The notes under the pieces: model-generated
Seen by the model: the letters and a program-made list of their open reading frames with translations, nothing else
Databases searched by the model: none
What the model was told of the DNA's origin: nothing
DNA from: Alphaproteobacteria bacterium
GTDB taxonomy: Bacteria; Pseudomonadota; Alphaproteobacteria; GM7ARS4; G965262615
Length of the DNA stretch: 64,000 nucleotides
Assembly: GCA_965262615.1 (NCBI GenBank)
Contig: OZ253545.1
Span: forward strand, 1,056,001 to 1,120,000
Reading direction: 5' to 3'
In this document: positions 21,306 through 32,008 of the stretch, in pieces
Numbering within the stretch: the stretch's first letter is position 1
Layout of the letters: each line of letters opens with the position of its first letter
Position numbers and translations under genes: made by a program

Positions 21306-22572
21306 TTCCTACGCCATTGTTGCGATGGATGCGCGAGAGATTTTAGACAGCCGCGGCATTCCCACAGTTCATTGTGGGGTTCGTCTGGGCGGCGGCGCAG
21401 AGGGATGGGCATCCGTGCCGTCGGGAGCGTCAACGGGAAGTCATGAGGCTCACGAATTGCGTGATGGTGATGGCAAACGCTATGGCGGCAAGGGCGTGCA
21501 AAAAGCCATTGAATCGGTACGGCAAATTTTTGCCGCATTGCAGGGCATGGACGCGCGAGAACAGGGCATCATTGATGCCACCATGGTGCAATTGGATGGA
21601 ACAAAGCAAAAAAAGAAACTGGGAGCGAACGCCATCTTGGCGGTGAGTCTGGCGGTTGCCAAAGCGGCGGCGGCGGCGTGTCGACAGCCGCTCTATCGTT
21701 ACTGGGGAGGCGCAGCGGCTCGTGTTTTGCCCATTCCCATGATGAATGTCATCAATGGCGGATGCCATGCCGATAATGGTCTTGCCATTCAGGAACTCAT
21801 GATTGTGCCGCACGGCGCGCCGTCTTTTGCTGAGGCTTTACGCATGGGATCAGAAGTGTTTCATTATCTTAAAGCCTTACTGGCAGAGGGAAATTTTGTG
21901 ACCGCTGTCGGCGATGAGGGAGGCTTTGCTCCCAATCTGGACACCCATCGTGAGGCTCTGAATCTCATGATGCAAGCCATTGAGAAGGCGGGATACAAAA
22001 GCGGCGCGCACATCTCATTGGCGATGGATGCCGCCGCGTCCGAATTTTATCAAGACAATCGCTATCACATTGAAAATCAGGCATTGAGTGGCACGCAGCT
22101 GCGTGAGTGGTATGAGGCACTCATCAAGGATTATCCCATCGTTTCCATTGAAGACCCCTTTGCCGAGGATGATGATGCCGCCTGGCAGGACATGATGCAA
22201 CACTGTTCCTCAATTCAAATTGTGGGGGATGACTTATTCGTGACGCACCCTACATTAATTGAGCGAGGCTATGAGAAAAAAATGGCAAATGCGGTGCTGC
22301 TCAAGCCCAATCAGGTTGGCACATTGAGTGAGACTCAAGGAGCTTATGATTGCGCGGCTGGCTATGGCTGGGGCGGCATTATGTCGCACCGCTCGGGCGA
22401 GACCGAAGACACCACCATTGCCGATTTGGCGGTGGCGTTTGGTTGCGGACAAATCAAAACGGGCTCTTTGTCGCGCTCGGAGCGACTGGCGAAATACAAC
22501 CGCCTTCTTGCCATTGAGGAGGAACTGGGCGAGACGGCGCGCTATGGCATCCCTTTGCCTTTTCTGCGGTGA
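21298..22572 (+). CDS. eno: Enolase
   Basis: DSRG.PT, PSGASTG, GDEGG, SHRSGET and QIKTGS motifs. Confidence 0.97.
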   Translation: MSDSYAIVAMDAREILDSRGIPTVHCGVRLGGGAEGWASVPSGASTGSHEAHELRDGDGKRYGGKGVQKAIESVRQIFAALQGMDAREQGIIDATMVQLDGTKQKKKLGANAILAVSLAVAKAAAAACRQPLYRYWGGAAARVLPIPMMNVINGGCHADNGLAIQELMIVPHGAPSFAEALRMGSEVFHYLKALLAEGNFVTAVGDEGGFAPNLDTHREALNLMMQAIEKAGYKSGAHISLAMDAAASEFYQDNRYHIENQALSGTQLREWYEALIKDYPIVSIEDPFAEDDDAAWQDMMQHCSSIQIVGDDLFVTHPTLIERGYEKKMANAVLLKPNQVGTLSETQGAYDCAAGYGWGGIMSHRSGETEDTTIADLAVAFGCGQIKTGSLSRSERLAKYNRLLAIEEELGETARYGIPLPFLR

Positions 22573-22578
22573 TTGACC

Positions 22579-23556
22579 ATGACTGACCGTATCCCTTCCA
22601 ATTTAGAAGATGAGATTGTGCGTCTCAAGAACGAGCGCAATGCCGTGATTTTGGCGCATTACTATCAGGATGAAGACATTCAAGACATTGCCGACCATGT
22701 GGGCGATTCCCTTGATTTATCACGCAAAGCGGCACAAACCCAATGCGAAGTCATTGTGTTTTGCGGGGTGCGTTTTATGGCAGAGACGGCAAAAATTCTA
22801 TCGCCCACACGCACCGTGTTATTGCCTGACATCAATGCGGGATGCTCTTTGGAGGAATCGTGTTCGGCAACTCATTTGGCGGCGTTTCGTCATCGCAATC
22901 CCCATCATATTGTGGTGAGCTATATCAATTGTTCGGCGGATGTCAAAGCGTTGTCGGATATTATTGTGACCTCCTCCAATGCGGAAACAATTATCCGCCA
23001 CTTGCCTGCCGACAAGCCGATTTTATTTGCCCCTGACCGCCATCTGGGGGCATGGCTGCAGAAACAAACGGGACGCGATATGACTCTGTGGCAGGGCGGC
23101 TGCATTGTCCATGAGACTTTTTCCCAGCGCGCCCTGCTGGATTTGAAAAGACAATATCCGCAAGCACAGGTGACCGCGCATCCAGAGTGTGAGGAATCAT
23201 TGTTGCGTCATGCCGACCACATCGGCTCTACCTCTGCCATGCTGCAATTTGTGACGCAAAGCTCGTATGATTGCTTCATTGTTGCCACCGAGAAGAATCT
23301 CATTCATACCATGCGCAAAGCCGCGCCTCATAAGAAGTTTATTGCGGCACCGGTGCAAGAGGGCAGTTGTGATCATTGTGCGTCATGTCCTTACATGGCA
23401 CTCAACACGATGGAGAAGTTGTATCTGTGCCTGCGCGATGGCACGCCTGCCATTGATATGGAATCAAGGCTGATGGATGCGGCACTGCGTCCTCTGCAAC
23501 GGATGCTTCACGCCTCTCGCAATGAGAATGAGGGGCGGATGATTACGCTGGGCTGA
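22579..23556 (+). CDS. nadA: Quinolinate synthase A
   Basis: ILAHYYQ, GDS, FCGVRFMAE, YIN, HPEC and CPYM motifs. Confidence 0.95.
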   Translation: MTDRIPSNLEDEIVRLKNERNAVILAHYYQDEDIQDIADHVGDSLDLSRKAAQTQCEVIVFCGVRFMAETAKILSPTRTVLLPDINAGCSLEESCSATHLAAFRHRNPHHIVVSYINCSADVKALSDIIVTSSNAETIIRHLPADKPILFAPDRHLGAWLQKQTGRDMTLWQGGCIVHETFSQRALLDLKRQYPQAQVTAHPECEESLLRHADHIGSTSAMLQFVTQSSYDCFIVATEKNLIHTMRKAAPHKKFIAAPVQEGSCDHCASCPYMALNTMEKLYLCLRDGTPAIDMESRLMDAALRPLQRMLHASRNENEGRMITLG

Positions 23557-24395
23557 TGGAGGATGCCCTTCACAAGGAAATCATCTTCCTGATGGAAACA
23601 TGCCTCGCGGAAGATGGCGCGCATGATGATGTCACCTCGCGCGCCCTTGTGGGTGATTCACAAGTGGCACAATTGATTCTTGTTGCCGATTGCGAATTGG
23701 TGATGGCGGGCGGCGCGCCATTGGTTGCCACACAGAACACATGGAGCAGGGGAACGCAATTGAAATCATTGGTGAATGATGGCACGATGGTGGCGGCGGG
23801 CGAGTCTCTGATGCAATGGCAAGGCGACTCGCGTCAATTGCTGGCACTGGAGAGGTCTGTGCTCAATGTTTTGCATATTGGGTGTGCCATTGCCACCACG
23901 GCGTATCGTTATTGTGAGCTGGTGCGGGATTCATCTATGGATGTGTGGGACACTCGCAAAACCGTTCCTGCGTTGCGTTATTTATCAAAATATGCGGTGC
24001 GCATGGGGGGAGCGCGCAATCATCGGGCGAATTTGCAAGAGGGGATACTCATCAAGGATAATCACATTGCGGCGTGTGGCGGCGTTGCCAATGCCATGCG
24101 CGCGATGCGTCAGCAAAAAAAGACGGAATTTATTATTGAGTGTGACTCATACGATGATGCCATCACCGCCATTGATATGGCAGCGTCATGGATTATTCTG
24201 GATAACATGGATGATGAGACGATGGCAAAGGTGGCGGCATATAATGAGGGGCGATGTCATTTGGAGGCTTCGGGCAACATGACGATGGAGCGGGTGGGTC
24301 ATTTGGCGCGACTGCCCTTAGATGGTGTATCCGTGGGGGCAATGACGCTCTTTCCCGACAGGGTGAGCATTGCCGCTCATTGGAACACAGCATGA
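23556..24395 (+). CDS. nadC: Quinolinate phosphoribosyltransferase
   Basis: DTRKT, NHR, LIKDNH, LDN and EASG motifs. Confidence 0.93.
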   Translation: MEDALHKEIIFLMETCLAEDGAHDDVTSRALVGDSQVAQLILVADCELVMAGGAPLVATQNTWSRGTQLKSLVNDGTMVAAGESLMQWQGDSRQLLALERSVLNVLHIGCAIATTAYRYCELVRDSSMDVWDTRKTVPALRYLSKYAVRMGGARNHRANLQEGILIKDNHIAACGGVANAMRAMRQQKKTEFIIECDSYDDAITAIDMAASWIILDNMDDETMAKVAAYNEGRCHLEASGNMTMERVGHLARLPLDGVSVGAMTLFPDRVSIAAHWNTA

Positions 24396-25438
24396 GACAA
24401 ATTATGAGACGAGGTGTTGCATGGCTATGTCTGTGGTTGCCACTGATGGCACACGCGCAACCGTCTGAGTTGCCACAGGCGCGCCCTGCTGATTTTGCCG
24501 TCATTCAGGCACAAAGGCAGGCGGAGCAAAAAAATGTCGCCGTGTGGTTATCGCTTCTGAAGGAGGAAGCTATGGCACAGCAGGTATCTGCTGAATTGTT
24601 TGAGCAAGCCTTTGAGGGGTTTGTTCCCATCATGTCCATTGTGCGATTGCAAAACAGACAGTGGGAATTCACCATCACGGTGCAACAGTATCTGGCGCGC
24701 GTGTTGAATGATGAGCGCATCGCTCAAGCGCGAGCACTCACACAACACCACAGTGATTTATTGGCGCGCATTGAGTCTCACTATGGGGTTGAGGCGTCGT
24801 ATGTGGTGGCGTTATGGGGGTTGGAGAGTCAATTTGGCGAGCGACAGGGGAGTCATAATGTGTTTCATGCGCTGGCGACTCTGGCTTATAAGGGCAGGCG
24901 GCGCGCTTTTTTTCGCAAAGAACTGCTGCAGGCACTGGTGATTGCTCAGCGCAGTGGCGTGTCACCCCGCATCATGATGGGATCATGGGCGGGAGCGATG
25001 GGGCAGGTGCAATTCATGCCCAGCAGCTATCAAAATTATGCCCAAGATTTCAATGGTGACGGCATCAAGGATATTTGGAATAACACCGCCGATGCACTGG
25101 CATCAGCCGCCAACTATTTGAGACAGTTTAACTGGAAAAAAGGACGAGGATGGGGAGTCAAAGTGACGATGCCGTCTCAATTATCATTTGCAAAGGCAGG
25201 GCTGCAGACAAATAAAGCTCGCTCCATCAAAGAGTGGCGCACACTGGGGGTGCGTCCCATTGGGGCACAGAAAAAATCTCTGCGAGGGTCGCAAAAGGCG
25301 TGGCTCATTTCGCCCGACAAAAACAAGCAGGAGGCGTGGCTGGTTTTTCCCAATTTCAAGCGTATTTTGTTTTGGAATCGCTCCAGTTATTTTGCAATTT
25401 CGGTGGGCACTCTTGCCGATAGCATCGCGGATGGTTAA
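24392..25438 (+). CDS. Lytic murein transglycosylase (MltB family)
   Basis: Signal peptide; WGLES, GSWAGAMGQVQFMPSS and ANYL motifs. Confidence 0.9.
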   Translation: MRQIMRRGVAWLCLWLPLMAHAQPSELPQARPADFAVIQAQRQAEQKNVAVWLSLLKEEAMAQQVSAELFEQAFEGFVPIMSIVRLQNRQWEFTITVQQYLARVLNDERIAQARALTQHHSDLLARIESHYGVEASYVVALWGLESQFGERQGSHNVFHALATLAYKGRRRAFFRKELLQALVIAQRSGVSPRIMMGSWAGAMGQVQFMPSSYQNYAQDFNGDGIKDIWNNTADALASAANYLRQFNWKKGRGWGVKVTMPSQLSFAKAGLQTNKARSIKEWRTLGVRPIGAQKKSLRGSQKAWLISPDKNKQEAWLVFPNFKRILFWNRSSYFAISVGTLADSIADG

Positions 25439-25447
25439 ACTGTGACT

Positions 25448-26218
25448 ATGTCTGTGCCGTTTGCTATTTTTTTGACAGTGCCACTGATGCTGGTCTCGTG
25501 TGGCACAACCCAATCGGTGGGACATTACAAAGTGGGCGAACCCTATACGGTGGATGGTAAAATCTATGTGCCGGGCGAGGATCCCGATTATGATGAAATC
25601 GGCATTGCCTCATGGTACGGCGAGCCATTTGATGGACAAGAAACCGCCAATGGTGAGATTTTCAAGGCAGACCAATTTTCCGCAGCCCACAAAACACTGC
25701 CATTGCCCAGCTATGTGAAGGTCACCAATTTGGACAACCAAAAAAGCATGATCATACGGGTCAATGATCGCGGTCCTTTTGTGCGGGGTCGCATATTGGA
25801 TGTCTCGGAGGCGGCGGCTCGTCAATTGGGTTTTCACAAAGAGGGCAAAGCGTTGGTGCGGGTGCAATTTTTGCCCAAACAGAGCTTACAGGCGGCGCGC
25901 CAAGCCATCATTTATGAAGAGTGGCGCAGGGGCGGCGATCCTTTAAAGACTGATTTCAAGCCCACCGTTTCGCGTCAGGGTGATATTTATGTGCAGGCGG
26001 GTGCATACAGACGCCAAAGGAGTATCAATAATTTGGTCAATGCATTGGAGGATGCCCAATTGCCCGTGGGCGAGCCCATCATTGATCGTGTGACCATTGG
26101 TGGTGATGATGTGTTTCGTCTGCGTTTTGGTCCTTTTGCAGGACAATCGGATGCGATTAATTTTCGCCAATGGCTCCAAGAGAAAGGCGTTCCCGATGCC
26201 TACATTGTGGTGCGCTGA
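25448..26218 (+). CDS. rlpA: Septal ring lytic transglycosylase RlpA lipoprotein
   Basis: Lipobox LVSC; ASWYG, AAHKTLP and NDRGPF motifs; C-terminal SPOR-like domain. Confidence 0.92.
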   Translation: MSVPFAIFLTVPLMLVSCGTTQSVGHYKVGEPYTVDGKIYVPGEDPDYDEIGIASWYGEPFDGQETANGEIFKADQFSAAHKTLPLPSYVKVTNLDNQKSMIIRVNDRGPFVRGRILDVSEAAARQLGFHKEGKALVRVQFLPKQSLQAARQAIIYEEWRRGGDPLKTDFKPTVSRQGDIYVQAGAYRRQRSINNLVNALEDAQLPVGEPIIDRVTIGGDDVFRLRFGPFAGQSDAINFRQWLQEKGVPDAYIVVR

Positions 26219-27338
26219 TTTGCGCTGGGCGTTGCTTGGACTGATTTTTGCTGGCGAGGTGGCGCAGGCGACCATGCCTGGAGCATTGACGGCACAGCAG
26301 GTCATTGTGATGGATGCCCATACCCAAACCGTTCTTATGGAAAAAAATGCCGATGAGCCCATTGCCCCGGCATCTTTGACTAAAATCATGACGGCTGCCA
26401 TTGTTTTTGATGCCATTAGCAATGGGACGATTCGCTTGGATGATCGCTTCACAGTCAGTGTCAAGGCATGGAAGACGGGGGGGTCTCGTATGTTTTTAGA
26501 GCCAGAAACTGAGGTGACGGTGCTTGATTTGTTGCGAGGGATTATTGTGCAGTCGGGCAATGATGCCGCCATCACGCTGGCGGAGGGACTCTATGGAACA
26601 GAGGAAAATTTTGCCGCCGCCATGACAGAACAAGCCAAACGATGGGGCTTGAAGGGAACACAGTTCAAAAACAGCACAGGATTGCCACAAAAGGGGCATT
26701 ACAGCACGGCACGAGATTTGGCGTTCCTATCATTGCACACCATTCGCGATTTTCCTCACATGTATGATTTATACAAGGAGAAGGTGTTCACTCATAATGA
26801 TATAACCCAATACAATCGCAATGCGTTGCTGAGTTCGTATGAGGGAACGGATGGTTTGAAGACGGGGCATGTTGAGGCATCAGGATACAGTTTGGCGGCA
26901 TCGGCAAAAAGGGGACGGCGGCGATTGATTATGGTGGTGAGCGGTTTGTCTAGCAATGAGCAGCGCAAACAAGAGAGTCAGGATATACTGAATTGGGGTT
27001 TTCGTCATTTTACCAATTACCGCATTGGCAATGAGCGGGCATTGACGGCACTGCCTCTGTGGTGGGGGAAAAAAGATGTGGTGCGGGTGCGGCTGGCACA
27101 GCCTCTTGTGCTGACGATGCGCCGTTTGCACTTCAAGGACACATCCATTCGTTTGCGTTATGTCTCGCCCGCCATTGCCCCCATTGAGCGAGGCGATGTG
27201 ATGGGGGAGGTGATGGTTATTCACAAAGATGGCACTGAAGTGATTCAGTCTGTTGTGGCGGCGGAGTCGGTGGCGGCGCGCGCTTCGTGGCTGCAACCCT
27301 TTGTTTTTGTGGCACGGTGGCTGCGGCAGACATTATGA
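26196..27338 (+). CDS. dacA: D-Ala-D-Ala carboxypeptidase (S11)
   Basis: SLTK, SGN and KTG catalytic motifs. Start uncertain. Confidence 0.88.
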   Translation: MPTLWCADLRWALLGLIFAGEVAQATMPGALTAQQVIVMDAHTQTVLMEKNADEPIAPASLTKIMTAAIVFDAISNGTIRLDDRFTVSVKAWKTGGSRMFLEPETEVTVLDLLRGIIVQSGNDAAITLAEGLYGTEENFAAAMTEQAKRWGLKGTQFKNSTGLPQKGHYSTARDLAFLSLHTIRDFPHMYDLYKEKVFTHNDITQYNRNALLSSYEGTDGLKTGHVEASGYSLAASAKRGRRRLIMVVSGLSSNEQRKQESQDILNWGFRHFTNYRIGNERALTALPLWWGKKDVVRVRLAQPLVLTMRRLHFKDTSIRLRYVSPAIAPIERGDVMGEVMVIHKDGTEVIQSVVAAESVAARASWLQPFVFVARWLRQTL

Positions 27339-27916
27339 CCAAGCCTCTTTTTATCACGCTGGAGGGGGTGGATGGCATTGGCAAATCCACACAGCTGCGA
27401 TGCATTGCTCAGTGGCTGGAGCAACAGGGCATTAAGGTTTATTGCACCCAAGAGCCTGCGGGAGGCACACTGGGCAAGCAATTGACTCAATTGCTCAAGC
27501 ATGATGTTGCCATGTCACCCTTTAGTGAGGCTCTGCTGTTTTCGGCGGCACGCATTGAGCATCTAACAAAGCTTATTGTGCCCACTCTCAAAAATGGTCA
27601 ATGGGTTTTGTGTGATCGCTATATTCATTCCACCCGTGCCTATCAAGTGTATGAGCTTTCTATGGAAGAACGAGCTCTCTATGAACAGGTGGAATCCTAT
27701 TGTTTGGCACAGGCACAGCCAGACATGACTTTCATTTTGGATGGTGAGCCACATCGCTCCATGGCACTGGGGGATATTTTTGAAGAACGGGGGAGCGATT
27801 ACATGAAGACAATCAGAGAGCGATATCAGAAAATGACCGATTGCATCATGATTGATGCCAATCAGGCGACAGAAAAAGTGACGCAAGACATCATTGCTCA
27901 TCTGGAGAGACAATGA
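27335..27916 (+). CDS. tmk: Thymidylate kinase
   Basis: EGVDGIGKST and CDRY motifs. Confidence 0.93.
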   Translation: MTKPLFITLEGVDGIGKSTQLRCIAQWLEQQGIKVYCTQEPAGGTLGKQLTQLLKHDVAMSPFSEALLFSAARIEHLTKLIVPTLKNGQWVLCDRYIHSTRAYQVYELSMEERALYEQVESYCLAQAQPDMTFILDGEPHRSMALGDIFEERGSDYMKTIRERYQKMTDCIMIDANQATEKVTQDIIAHLERQ

Positions 27917-28902
27917 TGGTCAAGGAAATGGGAGACCATCGTGAGATTGAGGCAACACTGGGTTTGTATCACTCGGTGTTGCGCGGTCATGAGGCACAGC
28001 GTCAGCAGGTGATGGATGGCAGGGATGATTGTCACGCATGGTTGATTGGCGGCATGCGAGGCATCGGCAAAGGGACTTTTGCATTGCATGCGGCGCGCGC
28101 GTTGCTCAAGGGGGATGGGTGGACGGATATTGATGACAATGATCCTTATTGGCGGCGCATGGTTCTGGGGGGGCATTTGGATTTTTTTCTGCTGCGTCCC
28201 TCATCACAGGCAAAAACAAAAACGCGTCGGATTACCATTGAGCAGTTGCGAGAGCGGTTGCAGCATTTGTCGCTGTCTCATCATGAGAGCGGCAAAAAAG
28301 TGCTGGTGATTGATGCGTTGGAGGACATGACTTTTGCGGCACAACAAACACTGCTCAAGACGCTGGAAGAGCCGCCGCCTCGCTGTGTGATTTTGATCGT
28401 GTCTCATGCTCCCGCACGAGTTTTGGCGACCATTCGCTCTCGCTGTCGCTTGCTGATGCTGCGTCCTTTGGATGAGGTGAATTTTGAGGCGGTGGTGCGC
28501 CGTGAGCATCCACAACTGACGGCGGACATCAAGACGCTGTATCAATGGAGTGGCGGCGCAGCAGGAGTCGCTTGCCAAATGATTGCCATGAAGCACGAAG
28601 AACTCATGCAACAGACATGGCAATGGCTGCATGAGGCGGATGCATCACAGGGCGAGGCGCGCCGCATCAGTGAGCAATGGACAAAAGAACCACAGGCGTG
28701 GCATATCCTCATGAGAATGGTGGACGGATTTTTTTACCATCACACACATACCAACCATGCTCACAAGGGGGCGTTGTTTGATTTATGGGATACCTATCAA
28801 AAAATGACGCGCCGCGCTGGGTCACTTCATTTGCCAAAGGCACACATTGTTTTTTTGCTGTTGCAACGGATGAATCGGTGGCAGAGAATGGCTCATGGAT
28901 AA
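27913..28902 (+). CDS. holB: DNA polymerase III delta' subunit
   Basis: G..GIGK, LLKTLEEPP and TIRSRC motifs; tmk-holB-metG synteny. Confidence 0.88.
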   Translation: MMVKEMGDHREIEATLGLYHSVLRGHEAQRQQVMDGRDDCHAWLIGGMRGIGKGTFALHAARALLKGDGWTDIDDNDPYWRRMVLGGHLDFFLLRPSSQAKTKTRRITIEQLRERLQHLSLSHHESGKKVLVIDALEDMTFAAQQTLLKTLEEPPPRCVILIVSHAPARVLATIRSRCRLLMLRPLDEVNFEAVVRREHPQLTADIKTLYQWSGGAAGVACQMIAMKHEELMQQTWQWLHEADASQGEARRISEQWTKEPQAWHILMRMVDGFFYHHTHTNHAHKGALFDLWDTYQKMTRRAGSLHLPKAHIVFLLLQRMNRWQRMAHG

Positions 28903-30427
28903 TCGCTTCTACATCACGACTCCCATTTATTATGTGAATGATGCGCCCCACATTGGTCATGCCTACACCTCAGTGGCGTGTGATGTGCTGGCGCGTTTTT
29001 GGCGCAGTCGCGGCAAAAAGGTGTTTTTTCTCACAGGCACTGATGAACACGGACGCAAGGTCGCCGACAGTGCCGCGCAAAAAGGCATGAAGCCCCAACA
29101 ATTCGCCGACATTATGTCACAGCGGTTTCAAAAACTGAACGAGCAATTGCTCATCAGCAATGATGATTTTATTCGCACCACCCAAGAGCGTCATCAAGAA
29201 GCGGCGTGTCACTTTTGGAATGAACTAAACGCGCGCGGCTTTATCAAAAAAGATGTCTATCGTGGATTTTATTCGGTGCGAGATGAGACCTATGTGAGCG
29301 ATGATGCGGTGGTTCATCATAAGGACGGCAGTGTCACCGATGAGGCGGGCAATCCTTTGGAGCATTTGCAAGAAGAGAGTTTTTTCTTTGTGTTGAGTCG
29401 GTTCACCGATGCCTTGCTGGATTATTACAAGACACATACCGATGCCATTGTGCCGCACCATCGCCGCAATGAGGTGCAGCGATTTATTGAGGGGGGGCTG
29501 AAGGATTTATCCATTTCCCGTCAAAATTTGCAGTGGGGCATCCCCGTGCCACAGGAGAGCGATCATGTGATGTATGTGTGGATTGATGCTTTGGTGAATT
29601 ATTTGAGTGCCATTGGGTATCCGAACCACCATGAAGAGTGGTGGCCCGCTCAAATGCATGTGATTGGCAAGGACATTGTCCGTTTTCACGGCATTTATTG
29701 GCCGGCGATGTTGATGGCACTGGACTTGCCTCTGCCGCGTCAGTTGGTGGCGCATGGCTGGTGGACTCATGAGGGGGAGAAGATTTCAAAATCACGCGGC
29801 AATGTGATTGATCCCTTTGAACTGCTGGAGCGATGGGGTGTGAATGGGGTGCGTTATTTTTTGTTGCGAGAGATTCCCTTTGGCAATGATGGTGATTTTT
29901 CGGCAGATGCCATGCGTCGGCGCATCAATGGCGACCTTGCCAATGGTTTGGGCAATGTGAGTCAACGGGTGCTGCGTTTTATTGAGCGGCAGGCGGGGGG
30001 AGTGATGCCGCCTCGTCATTCATTGAATGATGAAGACCAAGCTCTTGTGGCTCAAGCCACGGCTCTGCCTGCGCTGATGGAGGATGCTTTGACGCGCGTG
30101 GCATTTCATCAAGGGTTGGAACATGTGTGGTCATTGATTGCGGCGAGTGATCGCTTTGTGGCGCACCATGCGCCGTGGCAATTGAAAAAGACCGATGAGC
30201 AGCGCATGGAGTCGGTGCTCTGGGTGCTGATGCAATCGCTGGCGGCGGTGATGAGCGCGCTTCATCCGTTTATGCCATCGGCGATGGAGCAGTTGCGCCA
30301 TCAGCTGGGCATGGCGGAAACATGGAACTCATTGCGTCCAACCGATGCTCTGCCGCCTGCGGGAACACCGCTGCCGCCGCCACAGCCGCTCTTTCCTCGT
30401 TGGGAGGACAGCGATGTTTGTGGATAG
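28895..30427 (+). CDS. metG: Methionyl-tRNA synthetase
   Basis: HIGH, GTDEHG, YVWIDAL and KISKS motifs. Confidence 0.96.
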   Translation: MDNRFYITTPIYYVNDAPHIGHAYTSVACDVLARFWRSRGKKVFFLTGTDEHGRKVADSAAQKGMKPQQFADIMSQRFQKLNEQLLISNDDFIRTTQERHQEAACHFWNELNARGFIKKDVYRGFYSVRDETYVSDDAVVHHKDGSVTDEAGNPLEHLQEESFFFVLSRFTDALLDYYKTHTDAIVPHHRRNEVQRFIEGGLKDLSISRQNLQWGIPVPQESDHVMYVWIDALVNYLSAIGYPNHHEEWWPAQMHVIGKDIVRFHGIYWPAMLMALDLPLPRQLVAHGWWTHEGEKISKSRGNVIDPFELLERWGVNGVRYFLLREIPFGNDGDFSADAMRRRINGDLANGLGNVSQRVLRFIERQAGGVMPPRHSLNDEDQALVAQATALPALMEDALTRVAFHQGLEHVWSLIAASDRFVAHHAPWQLKKTDEQRMESVLWVLMQSLAAVMSALHPFMPSAMEQLRHQLGMAETWNSLRPTDALPPAGTPLPPPQPLFPRWEDSDVCG

Positions 30428-31202
30428 CCACTGTCATCTTGATTGGCACTCACTGCGAGACGAGACCGATGACATCGTGCAGCGCGCCGCGCACAATAAA
30501 ATCGGGCGTTTGTTGACCATTGCCATTGATGAAGAATCCATCAAGCGCAGCATCGCTTTGGCGGCGCGTTATGATGGAATTTTTTGCTCGGTGGGGGTTC
30601 ATCCGTTGTCTGTGGCGCACCACGCGCCTTTTGATGAGAAGTTTTTATTGCAATGGGCGGGCGAGCCCAAAGTCATTGCTCTGGGTGAGACCGGACTGGA
30701 CTACCTCAAAGGCGGTGACAATAAGTCACAACAACGCAAAGCCTTTAGGGCACATATTGAGGCATCGCGGCAGTCGGGGTTGCCCATCATCATTCATATG
30801 CGGGATGCCGAAGAAGATCTCATCGCACTGTTGCGTGATGAATACAAACAAGACGAAAACGGGCGCAGTGGCATTCTCCATTGTTTTGATGGCGGGGCTG
30901 ACCTTCTTGACTGTGCCTTGCGGCGAGGATTTTATGTGTCACTGTCCGGCTTGGTGACCTTTGCAAAGAGAGATGATTTGCGCGCGCTCATCAAAGAACA
31001 CATACCACTCAATCGCCTGTTGCTGGAGACGGATTCACCGTTTCTTGCTCCCCAGCCTCACAGAGGCAAACGCAACGAGCCTGCTTTTTTGTTGCACACG
31101 GCGCGCACGGTGGCAGCTATTAAAGATGTGGAACTGGATGAATTGGCGCGCGTGACCTCATCTAATTTTGACCATTTATTTGCTTTATCCCATGCCTCAT
31201 GA
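30414..31202 (+). CDS. TatD family hydrolase
   Basis: DSHCH, GVHP, GETGLD and ETDSPF motifs. Confidence 0.92.
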   Translation: MFVDSHCHLDWHSLRDETDDIVQRAAHNKIGRLLTIAIDEESIKRSIALAARYDGIFCSVGVHPLSVAHHAPFDEKFLLQWAGEPKVIALGETGLDYLKGGDNKSQQRKAFRAHIEASRQSGLPIIIHMRDAEEDLIALLRDEYKQDENGRSGILHCFDGGADLLDCALRRGFYVSLSGLVTFAKRDDLRALIKEHIPLNRLLLETDSPFLAPQPHRGKRNEPAFLLHTARTVAAIKDVELDELARVTSSNFDHLFALSHAS

Positions 31203-31986
31203 GACCCCCCATGAGACCACTGTCACTTTTTTAGGGTGTGGCACATCCAGTGGGGTGCCGTTGCTGGGCAATCGCTGGGGAGCGTGTGACCCCGAAAATC
31301 CCAAAAACCGCCGCACACGCTCTTCGGTCATGATTGAACGGGGCGGCACTCGTCTGCTCATTGATGCCACGCCCGATGTGCGCGCTCAGCTGCTTGCCCA
31401 TGATATTAATCACATTGATGCCTTGCTTATCACTCATTGCCATGCCGATCACATCGGCGGACTGGATGATTTGCGCGGCTTGAATAGTCTCATGCAAAAG
31501 CCCATTGATCTCTACAGTGAGGCATCGTGTCTTGATATCATTCAAAGGCGTATTCCTTACGCTTTTGCCGATGAGCCTCCCACTTGTTATGTGAAGCCGT
31601 CTTTTATCCCCCATGCTTTGGACACGGAGGGGACACTGTCTTTGGGAGCGTTTTCCATTGTCTATTTTGAGCAGCATCATGGTTCGGGATATTCCACAGG
31701 CTTTCGCTTTGGCACTGTTGCCTATTGCACCGATGTGTCGGATTTATCGCCGCGCGCGCTTCATCATCTGCAAGAGGTGGATGTGTGGATTGTGGATTGT
31801 TTGCGGGCGCGCCGTCCTCATCCGTCTCATGCCATTTTGCCGCAAGTCCTGCAGTGGCGAGAGGTCATCGGATGCCGTCAGGTGATTTTGACACATTTGG
31901 GAGCAGAAAGTGACTATGAAAGCATGGAGGCAATGACACCGCCCGATGTTTCATTGGCGTGGGATGGGCGGGTTGTGTCTGTATAG
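31192..31986 (+). CDS. MBL-fold metallohydrolase (PhnP-like)
   Basis: GCGTSSGVP and THCHADH motifs. Confidence 0.9.
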   Translation: MPHETPHETTVTFLGCGTSSGVPLLGNRWGACDPENPKNRRTRSSVMIERGGTRLLIDATPDVRAQLLAHDINHIDALLITHCHADHIGGLDDLRGLNSLMQKPIDLYSEASCLDIIQRRIPYAFADEPPTCYVKPSFIPHALDTEGTLSLGAFSIVYFEQHHGSGYSTGFRFGTVAYCTDVSDLSPRALHHLQEVDVWIVDCLRARRPHPSHAILPQVLQWREVIGCRQVILTHLGAESDYESMEAMTPPDVSLAWDGRVVSV

Positions 31987-32008
31987 ACAATAAAACAGGC
32001 AAAGAGCG

